Shown piece after piece: positions 39,170 to 52,000 of a stretch of 64,000 bases of DNA; position 1 is the first letter of the stretch; each line of letters opens with the position of its first letter. The position numbers and the translations under genes are program-made. Where the stretch lies: NCBI GenBank assembly GCA_051294375.1, contig CM119267.1:20523476-20587475 (forward strand), read 5' to 3'. This DNA comes from Paraspadella gotoi. Its lineage: Eukaryota; Animalia; Chaetognatha. The notes under the pieces were generated by a model. It was not told the DNA's origin, made no database searches, and worked only from the letters and a program-made list of their open reading frames with translations.

Positions 39170-40030
39170 TCGACGATGACATTTTGTTTCACGTCCCTTT
39201 TGCTTATCCGATTCACGACCGGTAAGGAAAGGGCGCTTCTCGCGACCTCACCTCCATTTTTTTTAAGTGTTTCGTTTGGTAATTATGCTATGAAGACAAG
39301 TGTTTCATTCCTGATTTTGTGGAGGGATTATCCCCGGGGATCGATAAGGATTCTTTCTGAGCTGCAATTGCGTTGATTACCGCGACGTCGCTTTTGAATT
39401 TATGTGGATTTTACTAGTTTTGTACGACGTCGCGTTAAAAAAAAAGGCGGAGAGAATGAAAAGTGATCGATCCTGGAATGGCAGTGAAATGGCCTCTGCA
39501 GAAAAAAAAATACGTCATTTTCGAGAACCGAAATCGAAAAAAAAATTCGCCGAAGTAGGAAAGAAAAATAAAGGGGTCGGCAATATGACAATTTTCGTTT
39601 GACCGATGAACGAGTTTCAAGTCGGAAAATGACTCGAATGGAGATTTAAAACCAATTAACAAGGAGGAAATTAACATGATTTGTTTTTTAAAAATGAAAA
39701 ACGCGTTTCGAAATTCGTTGCCATTTATGACAGGTATAGGTAGATATGATAACCTCCTGTTATGGTTGTCAAAATAAAAAAAGGAAATACCTATAGGGGG
39801 CGATTATGCTAACATGGAGTTGGATAGTATTGTTTATACAAATAAGATTACTAGAACGTACTGAATATTCGATCAAGAAACTTGTCAGTCGACACTACGT
39901 TTTATGGAACGAGAAATAAAAGACGTATCAGAATATATCCAAGTTAACGTAGAACCCAAAATACAGTCGGTCACAAGTGTTGGTCCTTTCAGTGCGGATG
40001 ATGTGCAGGAAACAGTCGACGTTTTCAAAA

Positions 40031-43000
40031 TCACGGCTTGACAGAGTTTCTTTCTTTCTCTTTTCGCGATAGTTCGAAGATGGTGTCACGAATCGCTGCG
40101 CGCTTTGCTTTCACTGTCTTTTTGCGGAACCTGGCACCGTGCCAAAACAATATAAATCGCCCCGTCGAAGCGCACGCAAGGAAAACCGTCAATTGGTCTC
40201 TCCCTATCCCTTCCCTTCCCTGCTCAACGAAACTTACCAATATTTTAGCTGCTGCTTCATGGGGAACGTCCAGTCGAGAATGGGATTTTCGAAGAAGCTT
40301 TCGGCGTACTGCAACAGATAGATGCCGCAATCGCTGAAGTTGTCCTGCTGTTGCACCTTGGGAGTGTTTCCTGTGAAAATTAAAAGGGAAATTGTAAAAA
40401 ATTGTTTAAAATTAAAGACGTTTATACACAAGATTCGCCATGTTACCTTTCATGCAGGCTTTGAAGTCGATTTCCGGTTGATTTTTCTTTTTGGCCTGAT
40501 ACTCGACCTCCAGATAGTCTCTCAATATGTTGACGACCTTCGCTCGGCTTCCGCCGCCGAGCGAGTCGAAGATAAGGATACAAGGCTTCCGTTTGATGGA
40601 GAACCCCGTCGACGGGATTGTTGCGGGAAGCGGACGGGACTCGTCCTCTTCCTCCTCGTCATCTTCCTCTTCGTCTGGATTGGGAGGATTCTCGTCGGTG
40701 ACTAGGGTGGGGAAAATGGTAGATAAATGAACAATAATAAGTTCAAGGGACATAGCACGCACCATAATTATTAAGAAATTTGTATGAATTGGTCCCATTG
40801 GTCCTAAATAAAACTTCAATAAATTCCACGAAAAAACGCCCGAGCCTCTGATGTTAGTTTATTATTCCCTTTGCAGTTTGCACCCTCTCCCATCTTGCCT
40901 TTTCCCGCGGCCGAGTTTTTATCTTCTGACGCTTGAGGCGTCGTCACGCCGGGCGTCGCGGCGCCTTTGGCTTCGAATTCGGCGGAATGCGACTGGAAAA
41001 GCGCCTTAAACTTTTTAGGCGGATTTTGCTCGGCGATGAACTCGCGGCGACGGCGCTCCTCCTCGTCCTCTTCCTCCTCCCCGCGTTCGAAGCCAAAGCG
41101 GCTGTCCTCGTCATCCAGGTCGTCCATGTCCTGGAAAGAGAATAGAGATGCGGTCAATGACCTTCTCCATGACACGTGATCCATGCGATTCGCATTCACC
41201 ATGTCCTCGTCCTCTTCTTCCTCGTCGTAAGTCTCCTGCCCGAATTCCCCTCCCATCGGCGTCGACTGAAGAAATTGTTCGTAAGCTGAGGAGAAGCGGC
41301 CCTGGGCCAGTTTTGCCGCCGGCGCCCCCGGCGCCTCCGGCTGAGGAGGTCGCGGCTGGGGAGACTCTTGTTGCGGACCCTGTTGCTGTAGCATCTGAGA
41401 TTGGTTCGTTTGCGGAAGAGCGGACTGAGGAACCGACGGCGATTGTATTTGGTCGTTGAGATTTTGAGGAAGAGTCGAGGCGATAGCGACGGTGTTTGTG
41501 GATCCGGGGAATAGGCCGCGGAACTCATCATCGACTTGTGTCGTGGGAATAACTGAAATAAAATAAAACATTGTTATTTCTTTTCGTTGTGTTTAGAATT
41601 TATGAAAAAAAGAATTTATGAAGAGTTGAAACTTGTCCGATCTACAATAATAAAAAACGTTGTTGCCTATTAAAAACTGATTTTTCCTAAATTTAAAAAT
41701 AAGAAAAAATAAAAGAATCCGCAGCAATTTTTCTCCCTTTTTGAATAAGAAAACATCCTTAGTTACCCGTCGGCGGTTGATGTAAACTGTTTTGAGGTAC
41801 AGGGAATCCCGCGAGCGGCGCGAAGTCTTCGGTGAAAGTCTCTGTAGATCGAAATCACAATAAATTCTGAAGCTTCAAAAAGTGAATTCGTCGTGGAAAA
41901 GTTGGCAAAGGCCCCGCACCCGCCCCCCTCACCGGTTATTATCTCTTCTTCAGTGATTTCCTCGGGAACTTCTTCCCCAACCGCGGACTCCGCCTCTCCG
42001 TCTTCAACGCGTTGTTCAGCGAGAGGCGGCGACGTCGGCGGACGCTCATCTTCGTCGTCGTCGCCGGCGCCGCGTAGGTTCTCCGCCTTGCCGACGCTGG
42101 TTCTCTTGTAATACTGAAAAAAAGAAAGAAATTAGGAAGCGTGAAATGCAACAATCTCCAATTCTCCTTCAAAACAGAACACGTCTTTTTTTTCCTCACC
42201 GACGGGTCGCCGTCGTCTTCAATATACCGTTTGGGTCTACCGCGAATGCGTTTCGGCGGGAAAGTATCCTCGGCGGTCGGAGAAGTTAACTGAAAGATAG
42301 GAAGAGTTGAACAGATAAGCGATCTAAAAGATGACGGAAGTAAGATTAACAAAAAATATCATACCGGTTTGGGTGAATCTTTTTTGTCCTTTGGCTTTCG
42401 GCCGCGCTTCACCTCGGACGAAATCCCCGGAGAAGGAACAGACGATGTTCCTACAAAAATCGCCGGCCTGAACCAATGAAAAATGACAAACCTGCTTTAA
42501 CAGTATCTCGCAGTTGTTGGTTTAATGTTGTTTATAGTTTAATAGGGTTTTTCATATTTTAATATTTAGTGACAATCTTGCTTTTAACATGGACAAATTC
42601 AATCCCTTCCGTCTTTATATTTCCGACTACGCCACTCACTCAGGCTCCACCGCCTTTTCCCCGACCGAAGTCGAGACTATCATCGTCCCCGACGGCGCCA
42701 ACGTGACCTCGGCGCCGCCAAAGTCGCCACCGACGTCGGCGCCTTCACCGGGGTTCTCCGTCGAGTCGCTAATCGTCTCCGTCGACGTCAAAGACAGAGT
42801 CTGCGTGGAAGCGACACTATTCGGCGCAAGAAAAGAAGAAGGAAGTTCCAAGGTCGAGAGTTTTGCCGATTCGCCAACGCGACCGTTCGTTGCCGAGTGA
42901 ACCGATTCCGATAACAAAGCCTTTGTCGATGGTTTCACTTCTCCGAAATGGTAGGAGTACGCGAGAGTGGAGCCGGAGGAAGAGTCGGTTAAAGAAACGA

Positions 43001-46000
43001 GTGGATGGTTGATGGAAGAATTCGGACCGGAAGAAGTGGAGACGATCGTCTGCAGGCCATCGTCGGATGTTGGAGCGACGAGCCTCGGCTCCGAAAAGCA
43101 CAGGGAACCTGGAGCGAGGAGAGAAGAGGTGCAGACGGACGTAGTCGAGACGTTGTAGGTATTTGGCGGAACGGCGTCTTGAGAACTACCAGAAGATACG
43201 TGGGATACTTGTGAGACGGATTCCAAAGAATCTACAATCGATCCGGCCGCGGAACTTAAAGAGGATTTGGATGTCGATCCGATCGTTGCGTCGAGAAGCG
43301 AATTGGAAACGGGAACGCCAGGCGAGACGGCGCTTTGAATTTGTTCCACGCTTAACTCCGCGCGACTGGAAGTTGACACGACGGCCAGATGACGCTCCAT
43401 GGCCTGAGCAGAAAAAAATTAACCGTCAAATAAAAGGAAACGAAAAAAAAACAACTTTTTTCCCCCAGCAGTTTCTACCTGCGCGAATTTTCCCTTCGGT
43501 AACTCAAGGACCGAAGGTGAAGTCTCGGAGAGTTGCTGAGCCTTAGAAAGAAGCGCGGGAGCGCTGGTGCTGGCGAGCGGTCCCGGAGATAGGACGGGCG
43601 TTTGTGAAAGAACCGTGACGCCGGCCGCTACCACGGAAGATTGGGGAGGATTAGGTCGAAGGATCGACGCCGTCGCGACGGGCGGGGGAAGTTGATTGTC
43701 GGAAGGAGCGGCAGGAACGTTGAGCGCCTTAGCGAGTATCGTCGGCGCTGGAGTAGGAAGGGTGGGAATTGGGTTCAGGACAGACGGCGCGGATGCCACG
43801 GGGGTGAGCGGAGCGCTGGCGAATGTGGTAGGGGTGACAGCGACGGGGCCGTCAGCGGGATCGGAGGAAGATTTAGCGATAACGTTGCAAGGGGCAGAAA
43901 CACTGGCGGGCCCGGGAACTGCTGCGGCCAATGCCGAGGTTGGTAGGTTCGGTACCGATAGGCTTGATATAGGGGCCGATGAGTTCGGAGCGGAAGGCTC
44001 AGAAGCAGCGGCTCCCTGTGATGGAGCCTCGGAGGGAGGACAGACTTCATTAGTTTCGGATTTGAGAGCCGGCGTCGTTGCAGCGGCTGGTGCAGCGACA
44101 GATTCAGGTCCGGCGCCGTCGTTTGACGCTTTCGATGCCGATAATCGATCATTTTGACGCCGCAATTCGAGAAGTTCCTCCTGTCGCTTCCGCCGGTTTT
44201 TCTCCTTTTCCTTTTCGATCCTTTGGGTTTGAACCAAAACGCGCTCCTTGTAATCCTGTAATGATTACAGAAAAAGCGGAGGAGTTAAAGAAGATCCACG
44301 GGACAGAGCTCTATATTTAAAAAGAATTATGGAAACTACTTACAATTTGCAGTTGATTTTTTTCATCTTGACTCCAGTATTCTTCCTTGCTGAGGTAAGG
44401 AAAGCAGATAATTGCTAAGTACCTAACGTGGAACAAAAAAAAAGTTTCTTATACATAGCCGACGAATAACATTAATTTCAGAGGCGCTGCTCACCAGTGA
44501 GAACTCTCGTTAATCGGGATGATGATGAAATCCTTCGAAAAAAGATCAACTTGACGTGTCCACGTTTTCACGCGTGAGTGTCGCCGTTGCTAAATAATAC
44601 ATTTTTTAAAAAATATTTTCATCGATTAAATACAGAAGTAATCCTTTTTTTCCACTTCCTTTCCACTTAAAAAACGTATAAAAAAATAAAATAAAATCCT
44701 CATGAACGGTGATCGACCAAATCTTGTTTTCCGGTTTTTCCCGTTTTCATTTCATTCTCGCTTTCAACGCTCGTTACAACGGAAAGACCCCCGAGGCGAG
44801 ATTTCCCGCGACCGAAATATTTTAGGTTTTTGTCTGGCCCGAGGGAAAGATCGCGTTTCTAATTAACTAAATGAGGGTTCGGCTTAGGCAGACGTTAGAA
44901 AAACAAGTTTGGACAAAAAAGGGCACGCTCCTTGCCAAGCAGAGACGAGTAGTCAATTATAACTAGTTCGAAAAAGCCATTGGCTCCTTCCTCTTCCTCT
45001 CACTTTTCTCTTCCCCCCCTAACCTGCAGCGTCTGGGAAGCGTTGTCCTCCAAAAGGCCCTTCCTCGGCTTTTGCGTGAGGCGTTTGTAGAAGAAGGAGC
45101 TGAAGATAAAGGTCCTGTCTCGGTCAGTCGGGGAGAGGATCTCGTAGAAAATGAACTTGAGATAAAAGTCGATGATGACGTCGTTGAGAAATTCTCCCTC
45201 GTTGAGACAAAAGACGTCCTCGTTTGTAATGGAGATGCCGCCTGAATGAATAAGAGTTGGAAAAATTCGAGGCCGCAACGAAAAAAAAAAACACCTTCGT
45301 CGAAGATCAATCTTCTAAACCGACGAAACTTACCCGTCAACGGATGCTGCGGGTAAGTTGTAAGTTTGACGATGGGTTCGTTGAAAATCTTTCCCTGAAT
45401 CAACTCCTCGTCCGGAGTGGATCGTTCTGACTCCGCGAGACTCTGAAAAAGAGAATGGAAAGAAACTTTGGGTCATACGGTAACGAAGAGATTTCCTACT
45501 GTGCCAGAGGAGCACCCCACGACCTTGTTAATCGTTCCGACGTTGTTGACGCCCATCGTTTCCTTTATCGACGGAGAGTTTGAAGCGGATAGAATTCGTT
45601 TGGCGACATCCAAGTCGATGTGACTCAACGACGTTTTTTTTCCGTTCCGGTCCTGAAAGAAAGAGAATTGAGAAAGCTCAATATGTAAAATCTATTGATC
45701 GGGTCGGAACGAAAATTCTTTCTGGCCGTGCTTTCTTTTGAAATCGACACAAACGAACAAAAACTTGGATCTCACTTAAAAGACAATAAATTTAAATAAT
45801 TTCTGATGATACCTTTGTCAGCGCCTCGAACAAGGTCTCCATCTTGGATCGGTCGTCCTCGGAGATCGTCTGAGGCAGAAGAACTAAGCGCTTGAATTCC
45901 TCAATTTCGCTGGAGGGGTCGAAGTACGGCCCGTTCTTGGGGCTCGTCATACCGCAAGCCAGCTGAATTTCGGGGACTGTCAACCGCAAAAATGGATAAT

Positions 46001-49000
46001 GAATTTGAAAGGCAGAATCTCTGATTTTACAGTAATTAGCAATAATGAAATTTTGTTTATCATTTTATTCTAATCTACACTGTTGCACTTCTTGGTATTG
46101 ACTCAATTTTTGTCTTGCCTGCGGTGGGAGCGACGAAAATGAACAAGACTGGCAACTTTTTCGAAGAATGAATAAAACACTTGTAAATGTCCTGCGGGCG
46201 AAAACGATAGTTGTAAAAGGGCAATTAATCAATACAAATATTTCGGTACTAAGAATCTCACCCTCAAAGAAATCTGCAGCTGAATAGTTTTATGCTCGCA
46301 CTCCATAAGAATCTTGACACCTTCGGTGGATAATGTCACCGGTTCAAAAGGAGTGCCCTTTAGGGATCCAATTTGAACCTTGGGGGGGGGGGAAATAAGA
46401 TCGAAATTTTACGTTACTTTTCAGATAAAAAAACTAAACGGATTGAAATTGAAGTCTCAAAAACTCATCCAAATACCGAACCCACTTTTTGACAATCCAG
46501 CGTGACGTTAAGTCCTCGAAGCGCCGCTACGAATCCGCCGACCGACGGAGCGCCGGTGACGACGCCCGCCTCGTTCCGCAACTTCTTGGCGTCCAACGGC
46601 GTCAAAGGACGCGGCGCCGGCGAATCGAACTTGCGCTTTAGATTCTGCATCGTTTAATCGAAAACTTAGAATATCTCCGAATATCTAACAAGAGACGTAC
46701 TAAACTAAAGACCTGCTTGATGATGACGTTGGGCGTCGAGAGACTCTCCACCCCCATGATCTCTTTCTGCATCCGTCCTACGCGCGAAGCGGGTCTCCAA
46801 GGCGAAGGCGTCGCGGATGGAAACATTTGCGCCTTAATTAAAATATTTAAAAGCATTTATTCACCTCATCCTCACACGTTTCTCTCGCATCTACGTACCG
46901 ATGCGGTAAATGAAGTAGAGAAGGGTGTTCCTAAACTAGGGCCAGGGTGCCCAGTAGCACCAACCGGATCCTCTTCCTCATCATCCTCTGCGAACTCGTT
47001 GTTAAGCTGCGACGGGGACGACTCCATTGACGGTTCCTCCGATTGCCGACCGCTAGATTCTAAAAAAAAAAGGGGGGAAAAAAAACAACATTTATTCACA
47101 ATGAATTTCAATAAACGAAATATATTATCAAAGTTGCAATTAAAAATAAGCCAATGAAAATTCCATGTGAAAAGTTTTTACCGGCGTTGTCTCCGTCCTC
47201 GTCCGAGTCAGAGATCGTGACGACTTCTGGAACGGGTTTCGGTGCTTTTGATGACCCACGCCCACCGGTGGAACGCGTAGTTCCCTTTCCGCCCCGCTGA
47301 ACCAGGAAATATTGGTAGTCGGCAAATAAAATACTAACTCGCATGACAATTTTATTCATGCTCTTCATTTTCACGTTTTTGATTTTCAACGACGGAAAAA
47401 TACGCCAACAAACCTGCAAACCGCCTTTCTTCGACTTGTCCGACTTTTTAGACTGCCCGTCGAGTCCAGCGGGATCCAGCGATTCGTTGAGATCGAAGGC
47501 CGTACTCGACGGTTTCCCGACCTTTGGAGTCTTCGAGTCCGCCTTTTTCGCGAGCGGTGTTGAGGCCGCGTTCGGAGCGCCGACTCTGAAAGGTTGAGGC
47601 ACCGTCGCTGCGGAAGCCGTCTGCCCCGCCGCCGGAGCCGTCGCGGAAACGACAGGGGAAGAGGCGGAAGCGGTGATCGACGACGCCGGCTGAGGCGGCA
47701 TTGGCGCCGGCGTAGCGAGGGCGGAGATGAAAGCTTGCGAACCCGCAGCCTGTTTCGGCATTCCAGCCTTTTTAATGCGGTTCGAGAAATCGTTCTTGTG
47801 GAGGAAGAAAGGGGGTGGGGGAGAAATTGGAGCGAATTTATCACCCTCGTCGTATGTCGCTTATGAATTTAGAGATTCTCACGCGACGTTTTACCTCGGC
47901 CGCCGTCGTCTTCTTGCTTCGGGCCGCCGACTTTTTCTTCTTATCAGGGGAGCAAGATTCACATCTGAGAAGAAAGTGAGAAAAAGAGCGAGGAGTTAAA
48001 AGTAAGCAATGAAATGAAAATGGGGAATAAATCTTCTAAATACTTTTTCAGGTCGTCGCTTTGATTCCCGCAGTTGGGGCACAGAACGAACGACTCCTGA
48101 TTCCCCTTTTTTCCTTTCGTCGAATTTATGCTGGCCGCCGAGGTCGTGGCGGCGTTAGCAGCGGCGACAGCGGAGACAGCCGGACCCGAAGCGGAACCGA
48201 GTAGAGGTTGAATGGACTGAGGTTGACCTGAAACGAAGGAAAATGCTGCGAAGTCTAGACAAAATAAATATCTTTCATCTTAAGATCTAAATTTAGGGCG
48301 ACTGAAAATTTACCGGACCGCATAGCGTTGACGAGAATGGAATTTTGTGGTGTCATTTGTGACGAGGTTGAGCTCACAACTACAACGAAAAAGAAGCCAT
48401 CAACAATATTTTTTTTTAAAAATAAGATTACCTTGGATGATGAATAATTGATTACGAATAACAGAGTAGTTCTATTACCAGAAGAGTCGTTGGCGATGGG
48501 ATCCGTCAAAACGGTGAAGCCTTTTTGAAGGTGGGCGAAGGTGGACGTCGCTGGATGAATTTGTAGCACGTTTCCGCCAGCGACAGGTTTCATCGCGGGC
48601 TAGAGTCGATTTAATACGAAGGTCAGTCGGTCGTGCAACAACGATTCTCACCGCGAATAACTTTACCTGCCCCGGCTGGACGACGCCAGAGTTGTGGGTA
48701 AAGACGTGTGATTGTATCTGACGCGGCGAAAGCTGCTGTGGCTGTAGCACGTTCGATTGCAGCTGATAAGACAAGGCGAAATCATACGTCGTTGGAAATT
48801 AAATAAGCGTCCGAAGGCCTCAAAAAACACATACCTGCTGAACTAATTGTCCGCCCGGCTCTCCTGTTCTAATCTGGGTAAACGTCACTCCACGGGGCGA
48901 CTGAGAATAAAATCACCTCACCAGTAAATAAAATAACCACGTATTTGAACAAGCCGATTTCTGAGTAACTCACCTTGACCGGACGAGCGTTTTGATTGGT

Positions 49001-52000
49001 TACTTGAAACCGTGGTACAGAAGTGGGAACGGTCTCGGATCCTATAAAAAGAATGACAATTTGATACGCGGTTTTGGAAAAAGATAGGTATTGACAAATA
49101 TTGAAAAATTTGTTCACCCTGTTGGATGATGGCGGCGATCCCGACTTGTGGTGGAGCCTGCTGACCTGCCGTAGCCGGTCGAGGCTGCTGTTGAAGCTGC
49201 TGTTGCAGCTGAGGTTGGTACTGAGAAAATTGCTGCGCCTGCAGTTGTTGCAATTGGCTATTGGATTCTTGCACATGTTGTACTTGATGTTGTGAAACAG
49301 CGTGAACCATGGCCTCAGTCTGCGTCGTCACTACTTCATGCGCATCTAAATGACAGCGATTTCAAAATTGAATATAAAAAGATACGTCGTTTGTCGTTAC
49401 CGTATTTGTCTTCAAAAATTCTTACTCGGTTGACGAATGAATTGACCGGCACCTCCCGGCACGAAAGTATATTTAGTGCCGGGTGGAAGGCGATCTGCGT
49501 CAAATCGAAAATCGAAGATAAACAATTAGGTCAAAATACTTATTTAAATTATTGCTATAAAAAAATTATTAACTGGGAATCACGTAGACTATCTGATTTT
49601 CCGGGTCCGCTTGCACTTGTTGCAGTAAGACTTGCGTTCCGGTGCCGCTCGAACTTGACGCCGAAACACGAGGCGGCGTCGTCGAAGTCGTCGGCAAGGC
49701 CGAGACGTCGGCCACAACGTTGGTCGTTTCGGCGGCCGCTTGAGAAACGACAGCCGCTGCCGCCGCCGCCGCCGCCGCCGCTTTCTTGGACTGCTTCTTT
49801 GGAGCATTTTTTCGATTGACGTATTTGTTGGTCGTGTCGAGGCTAACGCAAGGCGAGACCGAATGTGAAGACGTTATGAATTCCAAGAAGCCGGACTGTA
49901 GGGAGGGGGAAGTTATCATAGATCTTAGCGAATGAAATGAAATTAAGGAAATAAATAATATGAAATGAATGAAATAAATTTATTGAATGAAATAAATTTA
50001 AATATATTTGATTTAAATTAATGGAAGAATTGAAATAAATGAATTGCATTTAAAAGTATGTGTCAGGAACAAACTCTTGTGGAATCTCGATTGGAACTTT
50101 GTGGAAATCCGTATAAACATTTGTGGATTTAATTCATTCATTGATTGTCTTATTTAATTAAAGATTCATTGATTATTCATTCTTTCGTCATTGATAATTA
50201 TTTAATTGATTCATTACTATTTTTCCCCTCAGCTATCATGAGTTAATGATTAATATTTTATAGCAGAGGTGTTGGGTACTTATACTTCTTCGTGTTTACT
50301 TAGCGACTACTGATCCATTATGTTCTCTCTTGATATATTATTACAGAGTAGTGACTCTGGGCTAGTGAAACTGTTGACGCCCTGCTGCCCGCGTCTAGTG
50401 GCATACGAGCAACGCCGAGACTCTTAAGCTGCCCCTTTGGTCTGCAGCCACCCATCGACCCGTTAGGGGGTCCGCAAGGTTTGCCCCCTAACATATGAAC
50501 TAAATTAATTAAATATAACTAATTTAATTTAGAAATTGAATGAATAAATGTATGAGATCTAGTGATAAAAAAAAACAAAAAAAAAAAAACAAAAAAAAAA
50601 CAGAAAATTGTTTTGTAAATAAAATAAACGAGTGTAGTAATATGAAACAATTTAAAAAACCTCAATGATGATAAACCATATCGAAATTTTTAGCTTCCTA
50701 TGGTTACACACTTGAGCTATTTCCAATAGTAAAACAGTGTGACGACGACAACAACAACGACTATGGTCAAAAGTAGCAGAAACGAATTAACATCGAGCCC
50801 AAATCGGGCTTTCGCCCGTCTGGCGGGATAAAAAAGATTTTGATTATAAAATGTAAACAAACAACATTTGGTGTATCACCTCATCAGATTTCAAGGACCT
50901 TGGTGATGAGAATATATATATCTAAATTTTCAGCTTCATATAAATACAAATAATATTAAAAAAACTATAATTTGAACGCCGACGACGACGACGACATTTA
51001 CGGGGACAATCGTCACAAACGCAAGCGATTGCGACGATAAAAAATTTTTATTCGAAGATTTTTGGCGTCCTTCTCTTCCTTTTTCGCAATGCCACGGAAA
51101 TTCACCTGGAACTGTGAGTTGGGTTTCGATTGCGGTTTCTGATTCGTCGCCACCGATGTCGCCTCGGGATTCACGATTGTCGCCGTCACCGAACGAACTA
51201 CATTCGAACCAGACTGAATCTTCATCCTGTGTGAGCGGGAGAGAAAAAAATAAAAAAATTTTAAAAGCATAAGGATCGTCGTAATCGCATAAGAAAAATC
51301 TGGATTGACGACAAATTTTGATACTAAAAAAAATCAAATTTGAGGGAAAAAAAAACATTTATAAACAGAAAGAAAAAGAAAAAAAGAATAAATATAAAGA
51401 AAGAATAGAAAGAATAGTAAGGAAAGAAAGAATAGAAAGGAAAGAAAGAATAGAAAGGAAAGAAAGAATAGAAAGGAAAGAAAGAATAGAAAGGAAAGAA
51501 AGAATAGAAAGGAAAGAAAGAATAGAAAGAAAAGAAAGAATAGAAAGGAAAGAAAGAATAGAAAGGAAAGAAAGAATAGAAAGGAAAGAAAGAATAGAAA
51601 AGGAAAAAAGAATAGAAAAGGAAAAAAGAATAGAAAGGAAAAAAAGAATAGAAAGGAAAGAAAGAATAGAAAGGAAAGAAAGAATAGAAAGGAAAGAAAG
51701 AATAGAAAGGAAAGAAAGAATAAAGAGGAAAGAAAGAATAAAGAGGAAAGAAAGAATAGAAAGGAAAGAAAGAATAGAAAGGAAAGAAAAAATAAAAAGG
51801 AAAGAAAAAATAAAAAGGAAAGAAAGAATAGAAAGGAAAGAAAGAAAAATAAGAGAAACTAAATCGTTTTTGGACGAATCAGCAGGGGCAGCAGCAGAGG
51901 CAGCCAGAAAAAAAATAATCAAAAGGCAGCAGCAGAAGAATCGTTTTCGAATCAGCAGAAGCAGCTACAGACTCGTGTTTTTTTTTATGAATCTGCCCGG

